From a virus (lineage: Duplodnaviria; Caudoviricetes): a stretch of 64,000 nt of DNA. Positions within the stretch are counted from its first letter, which is position 1. Each line of letters starts with the position of its first letter. A program made the translations under genes and the position numbers. Positions 1 to 8,849 of the stretch are shown piece by piece. Under the pieces are notes generated by a model. It made no database searches and was not told where the DNA came from. It saw only the letters and a program-made list of their open reading frames with translations. Location of the stretch: positions 32,001 to 96,000 of IMG/VR virus record IMGVR_UViG_3300026549_000029. One strand, given 5' to 3'.

Positions 1-1389
1 GATTATAAAAGTGGTAAATATTCTCAGCAGAAACTTGCAGACATTTATGATGTCTGTACTGGTACAGTAGGAAATATTCTTAAGAAAGCAAAAACGAAAG
101 AGGGTGAGGGAATGAAAAGAAAGGGTAAGATTACAACTAAGAGGAATAGAGATAATAAGAAACGGCAGCCTATCATTCCCAAATCAAATACTTCTATTGT
201 AACTACAAATACTACTGCAGAAAATGCTGAAATTTATGCAGTAGTTAAGTTTGTCACTGACATCCCAGTATATGAAAAAGAATTGATAAATAAAAAGAAT
301 ATTATCTGGGCACTATCGAAAAATAGGGATATTAGTGATCTTGGACCTGATCTTTATATTAACTCAAAAAATGATATGAGGAAAATCAATGATCTGAGAG
401 GAAGATATTATTTAGTATCTTTCTCAAATAATAAGCTGCAGTTAATTGATTTCTTTGATGAGACAAATAAAGAAATCATTCCATATGCTCAGGAGACATC
501 TATCCTTTATGAAAATGAGGATGGGATTATTAGTAATAGTCAGATTGTAGAAGCAATTAAAATCATTTTAAAGTATGATAAATCCATTGAAAGAAGTAGA
601 CTTAGATTAGATGATTTTGTACTTGATCCTTCTAAGTTCACTAATCTGCAGAGAATTTTCGGTTTTGATAAATTCTCTTTCAATCTTGCTTCTAAAAATA
701 ATTCAGTAACTGTAGAAGCAGGATTGGTAGCAGATAGGCATAATATGCCTGTTGGAAGATTCATTTATCCTGAAGCATTATCTCAGGATTTGATGTTTAA
801 CTATCCTGAGCAGGAAAGAATTGCTCAGGATTTTCTGAAAGCAAATTTCGATTTTGATCCTGATAGTAATGATAAAAGGATCAAAGTTTTAAAATTGTAT
901 ATTACTGGAATGCAGTGTGCTTTTGCTGCTGTGATGAAGGTGTGTACAGAGATGGGGGTTAATCTAGTTGCAATGCATTATAACTCTGCAACTGGAGGGT
1001 ATGTTCCCCAGTATATTGTGGGACAGGCAGAAGAAACTGGAGCATATGTGAAAGGATTTGATAGAATTCTTTCACAGAAAAGTCTTAATGGAGACATTCT
1101 TCTGTTTAATTGTACTTATGAAGATTTCTCTGAGACTAATATTGACAACTTTTATATCATGGAAGCTGCCAAAATGAGAAATACAAGTAGTACAGATAAC
1201 CAGAAGGATGAAAGCATTATAATTGTGATTAAGAAAAGGGAAGATATTTGGAAGATCTATCCTACTGTATTAGATCACATTATAGATAATGATGGACTTA
1301 ATCTGGCAGTATGGGTAACCACTGCTCGGATTAAGGAGAATAATCTTCAGTGGGGAATGAATATAATTAAGTCATTTAATTATAAATAA
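1..1389 (+). CDS. 5'-truncated protein: N-terminal HTH-like segment, central Rossmann-like domain of unknown function
   Basis: Frame of ORF 112..1389 is open from base 1 (DYKSGKYSQQKLADIYDVCTGTVGNILKK, HTH-like), so the true start lies upstream of the window; central motifs GLVADRH and KLYITGMQCAFAAV...MHYN. Confidence 0.6.
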   Translation, partial: DYKSGKYSQQKLADIYDVCTGTVGNILKKAKTKEGEGMKRKGKITTKRNRDNKKRQPIIPKSNTSIVTTNTTAENAEIYAVVKFVTDIPVYEKELINKKNIIWALSKNRDISDLGPDLYINSKNDMRKINDLRGRYYLVSFSNNKLQLIDFFDETNKEIIPYAQETSILYENEDGIISNSQIVEAIKIILKYDKSIERSRLRLDDFVLDPSKFTNLQRIFGFDKFSFNLASKNNSVTVEAGLVADRHNMPVGRFIYPEALSQDLMFNYPEQERIAQDFLKANFDFDPDSNDKRIKVLKLYITGMQCAFAAVMKVCTEMGVNLVAMHYNSATGGYVPQYIVGQAEETGAYVKGFDRILSQKSLNGDILLFNCTYEDFSETNIDNFYIMEAAKMRNTSSTDNQKDESIIIVIKKREDIWKIYPTVLDHIIDNDGLNLAVWVTTARIKENNLQWGMNIIKSFNYK

Positions 1390-1481
1390 TAACATTTAAA
1401 GGGTGGGTATAAAATAATAATTTACTACTCCTGTAACTAATAAATACAAAGTTGCAGGAGTAGTAAAGTAAAAGATAAAAA

Positions 1482-1543
1482 GGTCTTATTGGATATTATA
1501 CATATATTTTATGTATAGGTAGTTTCGATTACTGTCAAGACTA
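1482..1543 (+). ncRNA. D-armless tRNA-like element (remnant or mimic)
   Basis: GGTCTT/AAGACT acceptor-like stem, TATACATA/TATGTATA hairpin, T-arm GTAGT-TTCGATT-ACTGT; no D stem. Confidence 0.4.
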
Positions 1544-1547
1544 TTAG

Positions 1548-1905
1548 TATCACAGAGTTATTTCCGAAATATGAAGTAGGATAGTAATAAAGGTTTTGGT
1601 TATAAGCAATAGCTCTGGCTAACCAATTTATTATTTATTATAAAATAATAAGCCTTGTTATAAAGCTGTGATGCAAAGAGCTTTAGGAAATGAGTTTTGA
1701 TATATTTTGTAATTTCCTAATATAATGATGGAAAAAATATATCTGGGCAAAGATTTAATATTTATTAAAACTCTAATAAGTATTAAATTGTCCACCACTT
1801 GAGTAACCTATTGAAGAGTGGTATCTAGTATTTATTATGGTACTAGATGTTTTTATATATAATAATAGACTGATCAACTAATATTATATATAGATAAAAA
1901 TACAT
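1548..1905 (+). ncRNA. structured non-coding block 1
   Basis: No ORF; stems ATCACAG/CTGTGAT, TTAGGAAAT/ATTTCCTAA, CCACT/AGTGG, ATCTAGTA/TACTAGAT. Confidence 0.4.
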
Positions 1906-1914
1906 AATACAATA

Positions 1915-1988
1915 CGGGGTGTAGTTCAGCTCAGTAGAACGCTTGATCTGGGATCAAGAGGCCGTGGGAGCGAAGCCCACCACTCCGA
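1915..1988 (+). tRNA. tRNA-Pro(UGG)
   Basis: Acceptor CGGGGTG/CACTCCG; anticodon arm CTTGA-TCTGGGA-TCAAG; T-arm GTGGG-AGCGAAG-CCCAC (atypical loop). Confidence 0.85.
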
Positions 1989-2019
1989 TGCCTAGCATAT
2001 AAAAATATTTTATATAGCT

Positions 2020-2270
2020 AACCTGGAGGGCCAGGCGTTTGGGTTAATACGACATAACCCATTATTTAGTGAAAGAGTGATTGGGCAATACTTCCATTAT
2101 CATGGTGCAGACATGCATAGTATTTATAGAGGAGGTCCCTATAAATATAAAAGGCCAATCTAGGATAGAATCTTCGGATAATCACTGCAGGATACAGTGT
2201 GAACTGAGCATGATAAGACTATCTGAAATTCGGATCATGAGTTAGTCATGGTGGATGCATCATGCAGTAT
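2020..2270 (+). ncRNA. structured non-coding block 2
   Basis: GC-enriched, no ORF; hairpins CCTGG/CCAGG, TGGGTTA/TAACCCA, TATTTATAG/CTATAAATA; long-range CATGGTGCA(2101)/TGCATCATG(2256). Confidence 0.5.
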
Positions 2271-2279
2271 ATTAATTTT

Positions 2280-2353
2280 GGAGCATTAGCTCAGTTGGTC
2301 AGAGCAGTCGGCTCATAACCGATCGGTCCCAGATTCAAATTCTGGATGCTCCA
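2280..2353 (+). tRNA. tRNA with CAU anticodon, likely Ile2 (or elongator Met)
   Basis: GGAGCAT/ATGCTCC acceptor; GTCGG-CTCATAA-CCGAT anticodon arm resembling Firmicute tRNA-Ile2; TTCAAAT T-loop. Confidence 0.9.
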
Positions 2354-2362
2354 CTCTATCTA

Positions 2363-2435
2363 CTCATGGTAGTCAAGCAGTAAAACACAGGACCTTAAAT
2401 CCTGCATTTTGATGTTTCGATTACATCATACCCTA
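2363..2435 (+). pseudogene. degenerate tRNA-Gln-derived element with UUA anticodon
   Basis: TAGTCAAGCAGTAAAACA D region, CAGGA-CCTTAAA-TCCTG anticodon arm, GATGT-TTCGATT-ACATC T-arm; 5' acceptor strand does not pair with the 3' TACCCTA. Confidence 0.6.
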
Positions 2436-2466
2436 TTATTTTTTGTAATTAAAAAGGATAATAAAT

Positions 2467-3057
2467 ATGTCAGAATATAAAAGAGTTTCTTGTCCAAAAG
2501 ATCATCCAAAATATAAAAATAATGGAAAAAGACAAAGAATAGGTGAACATATTTTAATAGCAGAAAAGAAGATTGGAAGATATTTAAAAGATAATGAAGT
2601 TGTTCATCATATTGATGAAAATAAAAAGAATAATAATCCTAATAATCTAATTGTATTTAAAAATGGATCATATCATACATCTTTTCATGATGGAGCAAAA
2701 TTAATACAATTAAATGATGGAACATATATAACAGAAAGAAAAACTATAACAGTAAAAACGGAAAATAATAAACGTGGTGTAAAAGTAATTTGTCCAGTAT
2801 GTAATAAAAATTATATGAATAATTTATCATCTATGTGCAGAGAATGTTATATTAAATCAAATAAAAATTTTAATTATGATATTCCAGAAAAAGAAAAATT
2901 AATAAATAATTTTGTGGAAAATGATTTTAATAAATCTAGAATAGCAAGATTATATAATGTATCTCAAAACTCAATAAGAAAATGGTGTAAAAAATATAAT
3001 ATAAAAGATGTTATAATTAATATTAATATGAGTAAACCTACTAAAGAACGAAAATAA
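2467..3057 (+). CDS. HNH homing endonuclease with Zn-ribbon and C-terminal HTH
   Basis: EHILIAE..IGRYL...EVVHHIDENKKNNNPNNL (HNH_3 type); CPVC...CREC; SRIARLYNVSQNSIRKW. Confidence 0.9.
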   Translation: MSEYKRVSCPKDHPKYKNNGKRQRIGEHILIAEKKIGRYLKDNEVVHHIDENKKNNNPNNLIVFKNGSYHTSFHDGAKLIQLNDGTYITERKTITVKTENNKRGVKVICPVCNKNYMNNLSSMCRECYIKSNKNFNYDIPEKEKLINNFVENDFNKSRIARLYNVSQNSIRKWCKKYNIKDVIININMSKPTKERK

Positions 3058-3071
3058 ATATTAATATTTAT

Positions 3072-3792
3072 TTAAGGAGTGATCTGGTAATACCTTCCTA
3101 TCAATATAGGTTGCTGATGAGCGTAAAAAGGCAGATCTTAGTGTTGATAGTTTAATAAAATCTCCTCCTGTGAATTTTTATTAAACTATATCTTACTATC
3201 TAGAGTATAGTAAGGTTGGGACCCATATACCTATACATGAAGACTGGATATGGAGTTAATGGCAGACATGTCATGCTTATTATGTTTTTCTATTATAGAT
3301 GTCAAAGTTTATAATAGAATTTAGTAACTTCTAATGGTAATCTGGCCAATTACTATTACCTTGTTTCTGCAAAACATATGAGAAAGTACAACTCATAATA
3401 GGGTTTAAAAGAAGTTGCAAGCAGAATATACTGAGATTTTATGAGTTTGATCAGTATATAATGTAAAACTCCTCAAGGGTATAAACAAAGACTGTGTAAT
3501 CTTTGGTAGATATACCCTCTCTTGATTTGCCAGGTTAATGTTAATAAAGGTTTCATCCTAGGCATAGATAGAGTTGGGATGTGAGAAGTCCCTGGAAAAC
3601 TTCGAGAGCAACTAAGCTACTAGATCGTAGTTATAGGCTTGGCTAAGAATCAAGGAGTACTAGCTATCTTAGTAGGGTATAGAAGAATGGGAGAGGCCCA
3701 TCTACTAAAACCGGAAGAGGCAGTAGCTTCTTAGATTGCTTAGATGTAGAAGTATAAAAAATCTGCTGGCAATATATAAAAGTATTGCCAGT
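3072..3792 (+). ncRNA. large ornate structured ncRNA candidate (GOLLD/ROOL-like context)
   Basis: ~720 nt without ORF directly upstream of tRNA-Gln; more than 12 hairpins and nested long-range stems visible. Confidence 0.6.
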
Positions 3793-3802
3793 ATTATTTT
3801 TT

Positions 3803-3873
3803 GCCCCCTTAGTATAAAGGTAGTACTATGGCCCTTGAAGCCAGTGGAAGTGGATCGTTACCACTAGGGGGTG
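3803..3873 (+). tRNA. tRNA-Gln(UUG)
   Basis: GCCCCCT/AGGGGGT acceptor, G73; TGGC-CCTTGAA-GCCA; T-arm AGTGG-ATCGTTA-CCACT. Confidence 0.8.
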
Positions 3874-3878
3874 CTTCT

Positions 3879-3950
3879 CTCCGATTAGCTTAATGGTAGA
3901 GCACTGAACTTTTAATTCAGCTTATATGGATTCGACTTCCATATCGGAGA
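3879..3950 (+). tRNA. tRNA-Lys(UUU)
   Basis: CTCCGAT/ATCGGAG acceptor; CTGAA-CTTTTAA-TTCAG; ATGGA-TTCGACT-TCCAT. Confidence 0.9.
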
Positions 3951-3954
3951 TTAT

Positions 3955-4036
3955 GCTCGGCTGGTGGAATTGGCAGACACAGCGGATTTAAGCTCCGCTT
4001 CCGGAAGGAGTAAGAGTTCGAATCTCTTGCCGAGCA
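3955..4036 (+). tRNA. tRNA-Leu(UAA)
   Basis: GCTCGGC/GCCGAGC acceptor; GCGGA-TTTAAGC-TCCGC; long variable arm; AAGAG-TTCGAAT-CTCTT. Confidence 0.92.
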
Positions 4037-4296
4037 TTAATATTTAATTCCAAGATTTGAAGATATAGGTATTTCTAAAATTAAATATTAATTATATTTC
4101 TATAAGAGATTAATCTCTTATAGAAATAATTTATTAAAAAACTATTTTATTTTTTTTTTTGAATACTTCTATATAATATAAATTCTTATAATCTTATTTT
4201 ATTAAATAAAAAGGTGAAACAAATAATTTAAATAAATTTATGAAATCATTATTATAATTTTATTATATAATATATAAAAAGGGGAGTAAATATATT

Positions 4297-4794
4297 ATGG
4301 CTATTTTTAGTGTTAATGATAGTAGTTTAGGTGAGTATTTGAATGAGCATGGTGGTGCTCATAATAAATATGCAAAAATGATTGCTGATAAAGATAAAAA
4401 ATTAAAAAATAGAGAAGAAGCATTTAGAAATATAGGAACAGATGCTGCTAATGAAAAAGCCGATAAAGCTAGAAGAGAAAGAAACGAGCTTGCTGATAAG
4501 AATTTAAAATACATTGATGATTACGGAAATGATTATATATCTAATGTATATAAAAAGAAAAAAGAAGATGAAAAAAGTGGAAAAACTGTAAACTATTTTC
4601 AAAAGAATCAAAGAACTAGCTATGCAGAAGGTAAAAAGAGATTTAAAAGAGATTTTGGTAGTAAATCTAAAGATACTACTAATACTAATGATAGAAGGCC
4701 TGGAACTTATTTAGATGCTCAAAAGAAACTCAGAGAAGCAGCAGAATATATTCTTTCTGTTCTTGATGAATCTGAAAAAAAAAATGATAGATAA
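4297..4794 (+). CDS. basic protein with MAIF...LNE leader; putative internal head protein
   Basis: ORF with RBS; N-terminus MAIFSVNDSSLGEYLNE; K/R-rich. Confidence 0.55.
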   Translation: MAIFSVNDSSLGEYLNEHGGAHNKYAKMIADKDKKLKNREEAFRNIGTDAANEKADKARRERNELADKNLKYIDDYGNDYISNVYKKKKEDEKSGKTVNYFQKNQRTSYAEGKKRFKRDFGSKSKDTTNTNDRRPGTYLDAQKKLREAAEYILSVLDESEKKNDR

Positions 4795-4942
4795 TAAGGA
4801 ATTAAATAATGCATTTAAAAATGCAGTTAAATCTAAAGCTAAAGAATTATCTAATAAAGGAAAAGTTGTAGATATAAATTCTCTTCCGGATAATGATGAT
4901 AATTATATAAAAGATAAAATTAAAAATAGATTAAATAAATAA
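4786..4942 (+). CDS. small hypothetical protein
   Basis: 3' part of ORF 4715..4942; ATG overlaps the end of the previous gene. Confidence 0.4.
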
Positions 4943-5022
4943 TAAAAATAAAATCAAAAATTAGATAATATTTGTCTAAACTTAATGATCTTTTATAATT
5001 AATATTATTTTTATAATATACT

Positions 5023-5051
5023 AAACCCAATAGGTTATTCCTATTGGGTTT
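5023..5051. terminator. intrinsic terminator hairpin
   Basis: AAACCCAATAGG-N5-CCTATTGGGTTT. Confidence 0.7.
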
Positions 5052-5102
5052 AATTATCTAAAAAACTCTTTTATAATATTTGATAAAATATATTTATACA
5101 AT

Positions 5103-5112
5103 ATATTATAAT
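5103..5112 (+). promoter_or_regulatory. putative early phage promoter motif (A/G)TATTATAA
   Basis: Recurs upstream of non-structural genes at ~10102, 12456, 30482, 32878, 35539, 39912, 45734, 48719, 51075, 52137. Confidence 0.6.
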
Positions 5113-5126
5113 AAGGAGAAAATAAA

Positions 5127-5324
5127 ATGGAATGGGATGAATTTAAAAACCTTAAATTAGGATCAAGTTCTAAATCTAATTATGAATATAAAGAAACATT
5201 AACTGATATTAATTGTCCAGTATGTGGTGATAAAATATATAGAGATGATAGTGTAATATTGACAAGTATTCCACCAAAATATAGATATTTTTGTAAAAAA
5301 TGTAAATGGAATAGTTATGCTTAA
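5127..5324 (+). CDS. small zinc-ribbon protein
   Basis: CPVCG...CKKC; strong RBS. Confidence 0.75.
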   Translation: MEWDEFKNLKLGSSSKSNYEYKETLTDINCPVCGDKIYRDDSVILTSIPPKYRYFCKKCKWNSYA

Positions 5325-5362
5325 ATATGTTATTAGGGAGAAATCCCTAATGACATATTTTA

Positions 5363-5374
5363 AACTTCTTAATA
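5363..5374 (+). promoter_or_regulatory. putative late promoter AAC(A/T)-N6-TA
   Basis: Recurs before structural or late genes at 8797, 10065, 13578, 14086, 18389, 30454(-), 45579, 55656, 58763(-), 63318; matches the AR9 late consensus AACA-N6-TA. Confidence 0.55.
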
Positions 5375-5396
5375 ATTAATATAAAGGAGGTATATC

Positions 5397-6887
5397 GTGA
5401 AAGCACCTCTGAAAGGTAAACAAATTTTATCAGATAATCAAGTATTAGAAATCATTAATGTAGATCGATTTAGACCTACATTAAAATGCGATTTATTTGT
5501 TCCATCATATATACAATCTTTATCTGTTGCTACAGAATTTATCTATTCTTATGTATTAGAAAGATTTCCTAAAGACTTTTTTGAATCTATTCATGTTTCT
5601 GGTAAGAATATTATAGATGATTTTCGTAGATTTAATAAAGGAGAATATCCAGTTAGAGAAAATCCTGCAGTTAGTATTGCTTATAATTTACAATATGATT
5701 TTAATGATAATAACCTAGATTGGAACTGGTTATCTACTAATAAATATCTTCGTACTTCTGCTTGGCAAAGATCATTCTTTAAATGTCCTAAGAGAGGACT
5801 TTATATTGGAATGGATCTTGAAGCTATGCTGATTAATTATAATTTTAAATTCAGAGTAAATACAAGACCAGAACAGTTAGATCTTTATAATAGAATAAGA
5901 AAAGTATTTAGATTAGGTTGTACTGAAACAAATGATATAGATTGTGATTTCCATTTAGATAGAAAACTTATGACTAAAGTAGCAGAAGCTGCTGGATTTG
6001 CTATAGATACAGATGGACAAATTTTAGACCCATGGAATTTTACTCGTTTTTTAAATGCTCATTCTCAAATGCCTATATTATATAAACTTAGATTAATTAA
6101 TCAACATTATGAATGGTTTTTAAGAATGAGAAATCTTCCTGTACATTTAGATTTCCAAAATCCTTTAGATGTAGATGATGGTCAGCAGACTGGAATGGAT
6201 ACTACAGATTATACTATAGAATTTCAAATTGCTGTAAGATTTCCTGCACCAAGAACTTTTGCTTTCTATAATGAAGGTAACTGGAAACACGAAATATATA
6301 CTGAACCTAATGAAGGTATTACTATATATTCTATGAAACTTTTTGATATACCAGAAGAAAATTATAAGGGATGGCCTTTATATGGACATTCTAATTATAT
6401 GGCAGAAAAAGAAGAAGTAGTAGTTAAATATATAGATATAAAAGAACTCTTTGTAGCTCCAGTAGATATTAAAGTAGGAACATCTTTAGATGATTTAATT
6501 CAAGATAGTTTAAATAATTTTGTTAGTCCAGATGTATTTGTAGAGATTGCTGTATACACTAATGATTTATTAGTACATGGATCTGGTAGAGTTCCTATTG
6601 TAATGGATTGGGAAAAGAGAAGAATTATATTACCAGATGGAATACCAGATTCTTATTTCTATTTAGCTATTTATGTAGATAGAAAATATGTAAATGATAA
6701 AATAGTAGAAATTACTAATGCTAATTATAATAGAGTAATGCTTAGTAAAATGAAGAGTGATGAAATTCTTGAAAAGAAAGTACAAGAATATTATAATCAT
6801 GATCATATAATTGAGAAAGAAAAATTCCCAAATGGAAATTTAAAGAAAAAGAAAAAAGCACAATTTATTATTAAAATAGGTGAATAA
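5397..6887 (+). CDS. probable virion structural protein
   Basis: 496 aa, GTG start with GGAGG RBS, late-type promoter, beta-rich; no enzyme motif recognised. Confidence 0.55.
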   Translation: MKAPLKGKQILSDNQVLEIINVDRFRPTLKCDLFVPSYIQSLSVATEFIYSYVLERFPKDFFESIHVSGKNIIDDFRRFNKGEYPVRENPAVSIAYNLQYDFNDNNLDWNWLSTNKYLRTSAWQRSFFKCPKRGLYIGMDLEAMLINYNFKFRVNTRPEQLDLYNRIRKVFRLGCTETNDIDCDFHLDRKLMTKVAEAAGFAIDTDGQILDPWNFTRFLNAHSQMPILYKLRLINQHYEWFLRMRNLPVHLDFQNPLDVDDGQQTGMDTTDYTIEFQIAVRFPAPRTFAFYNEGNWKHEIYTEPNEGITIYSMKLFDIPEENYKGWPLYGHSNYMAEKEEVVVKYIDIKELFVAPVDIKVGTSLDDLIQDSLNNFVSPDVFVEIAVYTNDLLVHGSGRVPIVMDWEKRRIILPDGIPDSYFYLAIYVDRKYVNDKIVEITNANYNRVMLSKMKSDEILEKKVQEYYNHDHIIEKEKFPNGNLKKKKKAQFIIKIGE

Positions 6888-6888
6888 T

Positions 6889-7407
6889 ATGGCTATATTT
6901 AATGAGGGTTATATTAAAGACTTCTTTAATAAAAAGAAAAAAGAAGATACTAAATATAATAAAGAATCTGATAAAATAAATGAAAATAAAAAAGCAAATG
7001 TAATTAATGTAAAATTATCTGATAAGAATATTTTTGATAAGTTATATCATAATGAGGCATTAACTGCTGAAGGAATTATTATTAAAGATAATAATTGTGA
7101 TATAATAGAAAAATGGTTTAGAGAACGAAATAATTGTACTTCTAATAATTTAAATATGTATATAATTACAGGAAAAGTAATGAATGATTTTTATCATCTT
7201 ACTACTGATAATAAATATCCAGAAAATAATTTTAAAATATTATGTATCGATTGGATAACTGCTGGAGTTAGATCTCCATTTAAATCTAAATGGAGATGGT
7301 TCAGTGATGTTGTAGATAATAATGCAAAACGAGAGATTGCTAAAAGAAATCCTTATTATAAACACTATAATTCTATTTATTATGGTGATATTGGTTTTGA
7401 AGATTAA
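6889..7407 (+). CDS. MAIF-leader protein, putative internal head protein
   Basis: MAIFNEGYIKDFF...; globular C-terminal domain (ITGKVMN..YHLT..NKYP, RWFSDVVDNN). Confidence 0.6.
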   Translation: MAIFNEGYIKDFFNKKKKEDTKYNKESDKINENKKANVINVKLSDKNIFDKLYHNEALTAEGIIIKDNNCDIIEKWFRERNNCTSNNLNMYIITGKVMNDFYHLTTDNKYPENNFKILCIDWITAGVRSPFKSKWRWFSDVVDNNAKREIAKRNPYYKHYNSIYYGDIGFED

Positions 7408-7425
7408 TATTTTGAGGTAAATAAT

Positions 7426-8259
7426 ATGGCTATATTTACTCTTGATTATTTACAAGAATCTAAACAGAAATATGATCCTAAAATTGTAGATAGAGCTGCA
7501 GATGTATTTAGAAAATTACAAAAGATTTTATCTAATTCTAATAATGCTTTCTTTACACTTTATCCTATTAGACAAGATAAGATTTCTTTTAAAAAGAAAG
7601 ATGATAATAATTTAGTTGCTTCTTGTTCAATAGGAAAAGTAAATAATAAGAAAGATTATGAAGAAGATATAAGAAAGATTATTACTAATGCTAGATATAT
7701 TATTAATGATACTACTAGAGACTGTAGAGTTGCTTTATATGCTCAAGTAGATTCTAATATTTATTCTACTATAACTTTCTTTAACTGTGCTAATAAATAT
7801 ATTTTATCAGAAGCTTCTAAATATAATACTTCTCAGTATCTAGAAGATGATGATATAGAAAGACCCTCTAAAACTATCAAACATTTATCTAATTCTGAAA
7901 TACGTAGATGTAGAGATATTATTAAATCTTGTATTAATAAATATCCCAGAATTAAGAAATGTTGTGATTATATAGATTTATATGATAATGAAGAATTTAA
8001 TGATGAAGGTGAAAGATCATCTGCTTTAGATAGATATAAATCTAGAAAAGGAAGTTCTTATTTAAGATTAGTAGAAGGTGATGTATATTCTGGATATCCT
8101 GATTTTAAAGAAGAAGGATCAGAAGTTTTTCATGATGATGTAAGTGATTTAAAAGAAGATGTAAATGAGAAATTTAAATCATTTAATATTCCTGCTGAGT
8201 TTATGGTAAAATTAGATTATGATGCTATAAATTTTGGAGTTATAAGTAAAAAGACTTAA
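7426..8259 (+). CDS. MAIF-leader protein, putative internal head protein
   Basis: MAIFTLDYLQES; internal ILSEA. Confidence 0.6.
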   Translation: MAIFTLDYLQESKQKYDPKIVDRAADVFRKLQKILSNSNNAFFTLYPIRQDKISFKKKDDNNLVASCSIGKVNNKKDYEEDIRKIITNARYIINDTTRDCRVALYAQVDSNIYSTITFFNCANKYILSEASKYNTSQYLEDDDIERPSKTIKHLSNSEIRRCRDIIKSCINKYPRIKKCCDYIDLYDNEEFNDEGERSSALDRYKSRKGSSYLRLVEGDVYSGYPDFKEEGSEVFHDDVSDLKEDVNEKFKSFNIPAEFMVKLDYDAINFGVISKKT

Positions 8260-8284
8260 TTTTATAGAAAGGAGATAATATATC

Positions 8285-8743
8285 ATGGGTATTAATCCAC
8301 ATTTTGTTGAATTGACTAAATTAATTGCAGTATTATATGCTGTAGTGGTTGGTTACATTCTTACTGGTATTGCTAATAATTGTTTAGTTAATGGTGAGCC
8401 TTTTGATATTAAAGTATTAATAAAAGGCATTGTTAAAACTATTACTGCATGTGTAAGTTTAATTATTGTTGCTTATGTATGTACTATTATTGATTTAAGT
8501 AGTTTAGGATTTGAACCTCAGACTGCTATTACTTCTGGTATTATTGTATATACTGCTAAGCTTATTAGAAATGCAATGGGATTACTTGGATTAACTAAAG
8601 CTGGTAAAGAGAATAAAGAAGACGTATTAACTAGTAGTCCTATTCTCTATAATAAAGCTGAAGAAGAGCTACAGAAAGAGGATAATGATTTTACTGAAGT
8701 AAATATAGATGATAATGATGAAGGTCCTAAAGCTGTTGGATAA
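8285..8743 (+). CDS. putative holin or membrane protein
   Basis: Three hydrophobic segments and an acidic C-terminal tail. Confidence 0.6.
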   Translation: MGINPHFVELTKLIAVLYAVVVGYILTGIANNCLVNGEPFDIKVLIKGIVKTITACVSLIIVAYVCTIIDLSSLGFEPQTAITSGIIVYTAKLIRNAMGLLGLTKAGKENKEDVLTSSPILYNKAEEELQKEDNDFTEVNIDDNDEGPKAVG

Positions 8744-8760
8744 TTATATAAATAAAATTT

Positions 8761-8786
8761 GAGTAGGAGATTATTATCTCCTACTC
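8761..8786. terminator. intrinsic terminator hairpin
   Basis: GAGTAGGAGAT/ATCTCCTACTC. Confidence 0.7.
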
Positions 8787-8849
8787 TATTTAATTAAACA
8801 AATATATAAAAAATCAAATATAATTTCTTAAAGAAAGGATCTTATTATT

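Noticed and set aside
2128-2140. RNase P RNA (GAGGAGGTCC resembles GAGGAAAGUCC)
   Set aside because: The motif sits in a local hairpin loop and no matching 3' P4 strand consensus was found
3114-3140. Hammerhead ribozyme (CTGATGAG)
   Set aside because: No GAAA following a stem II; the core is incomplete
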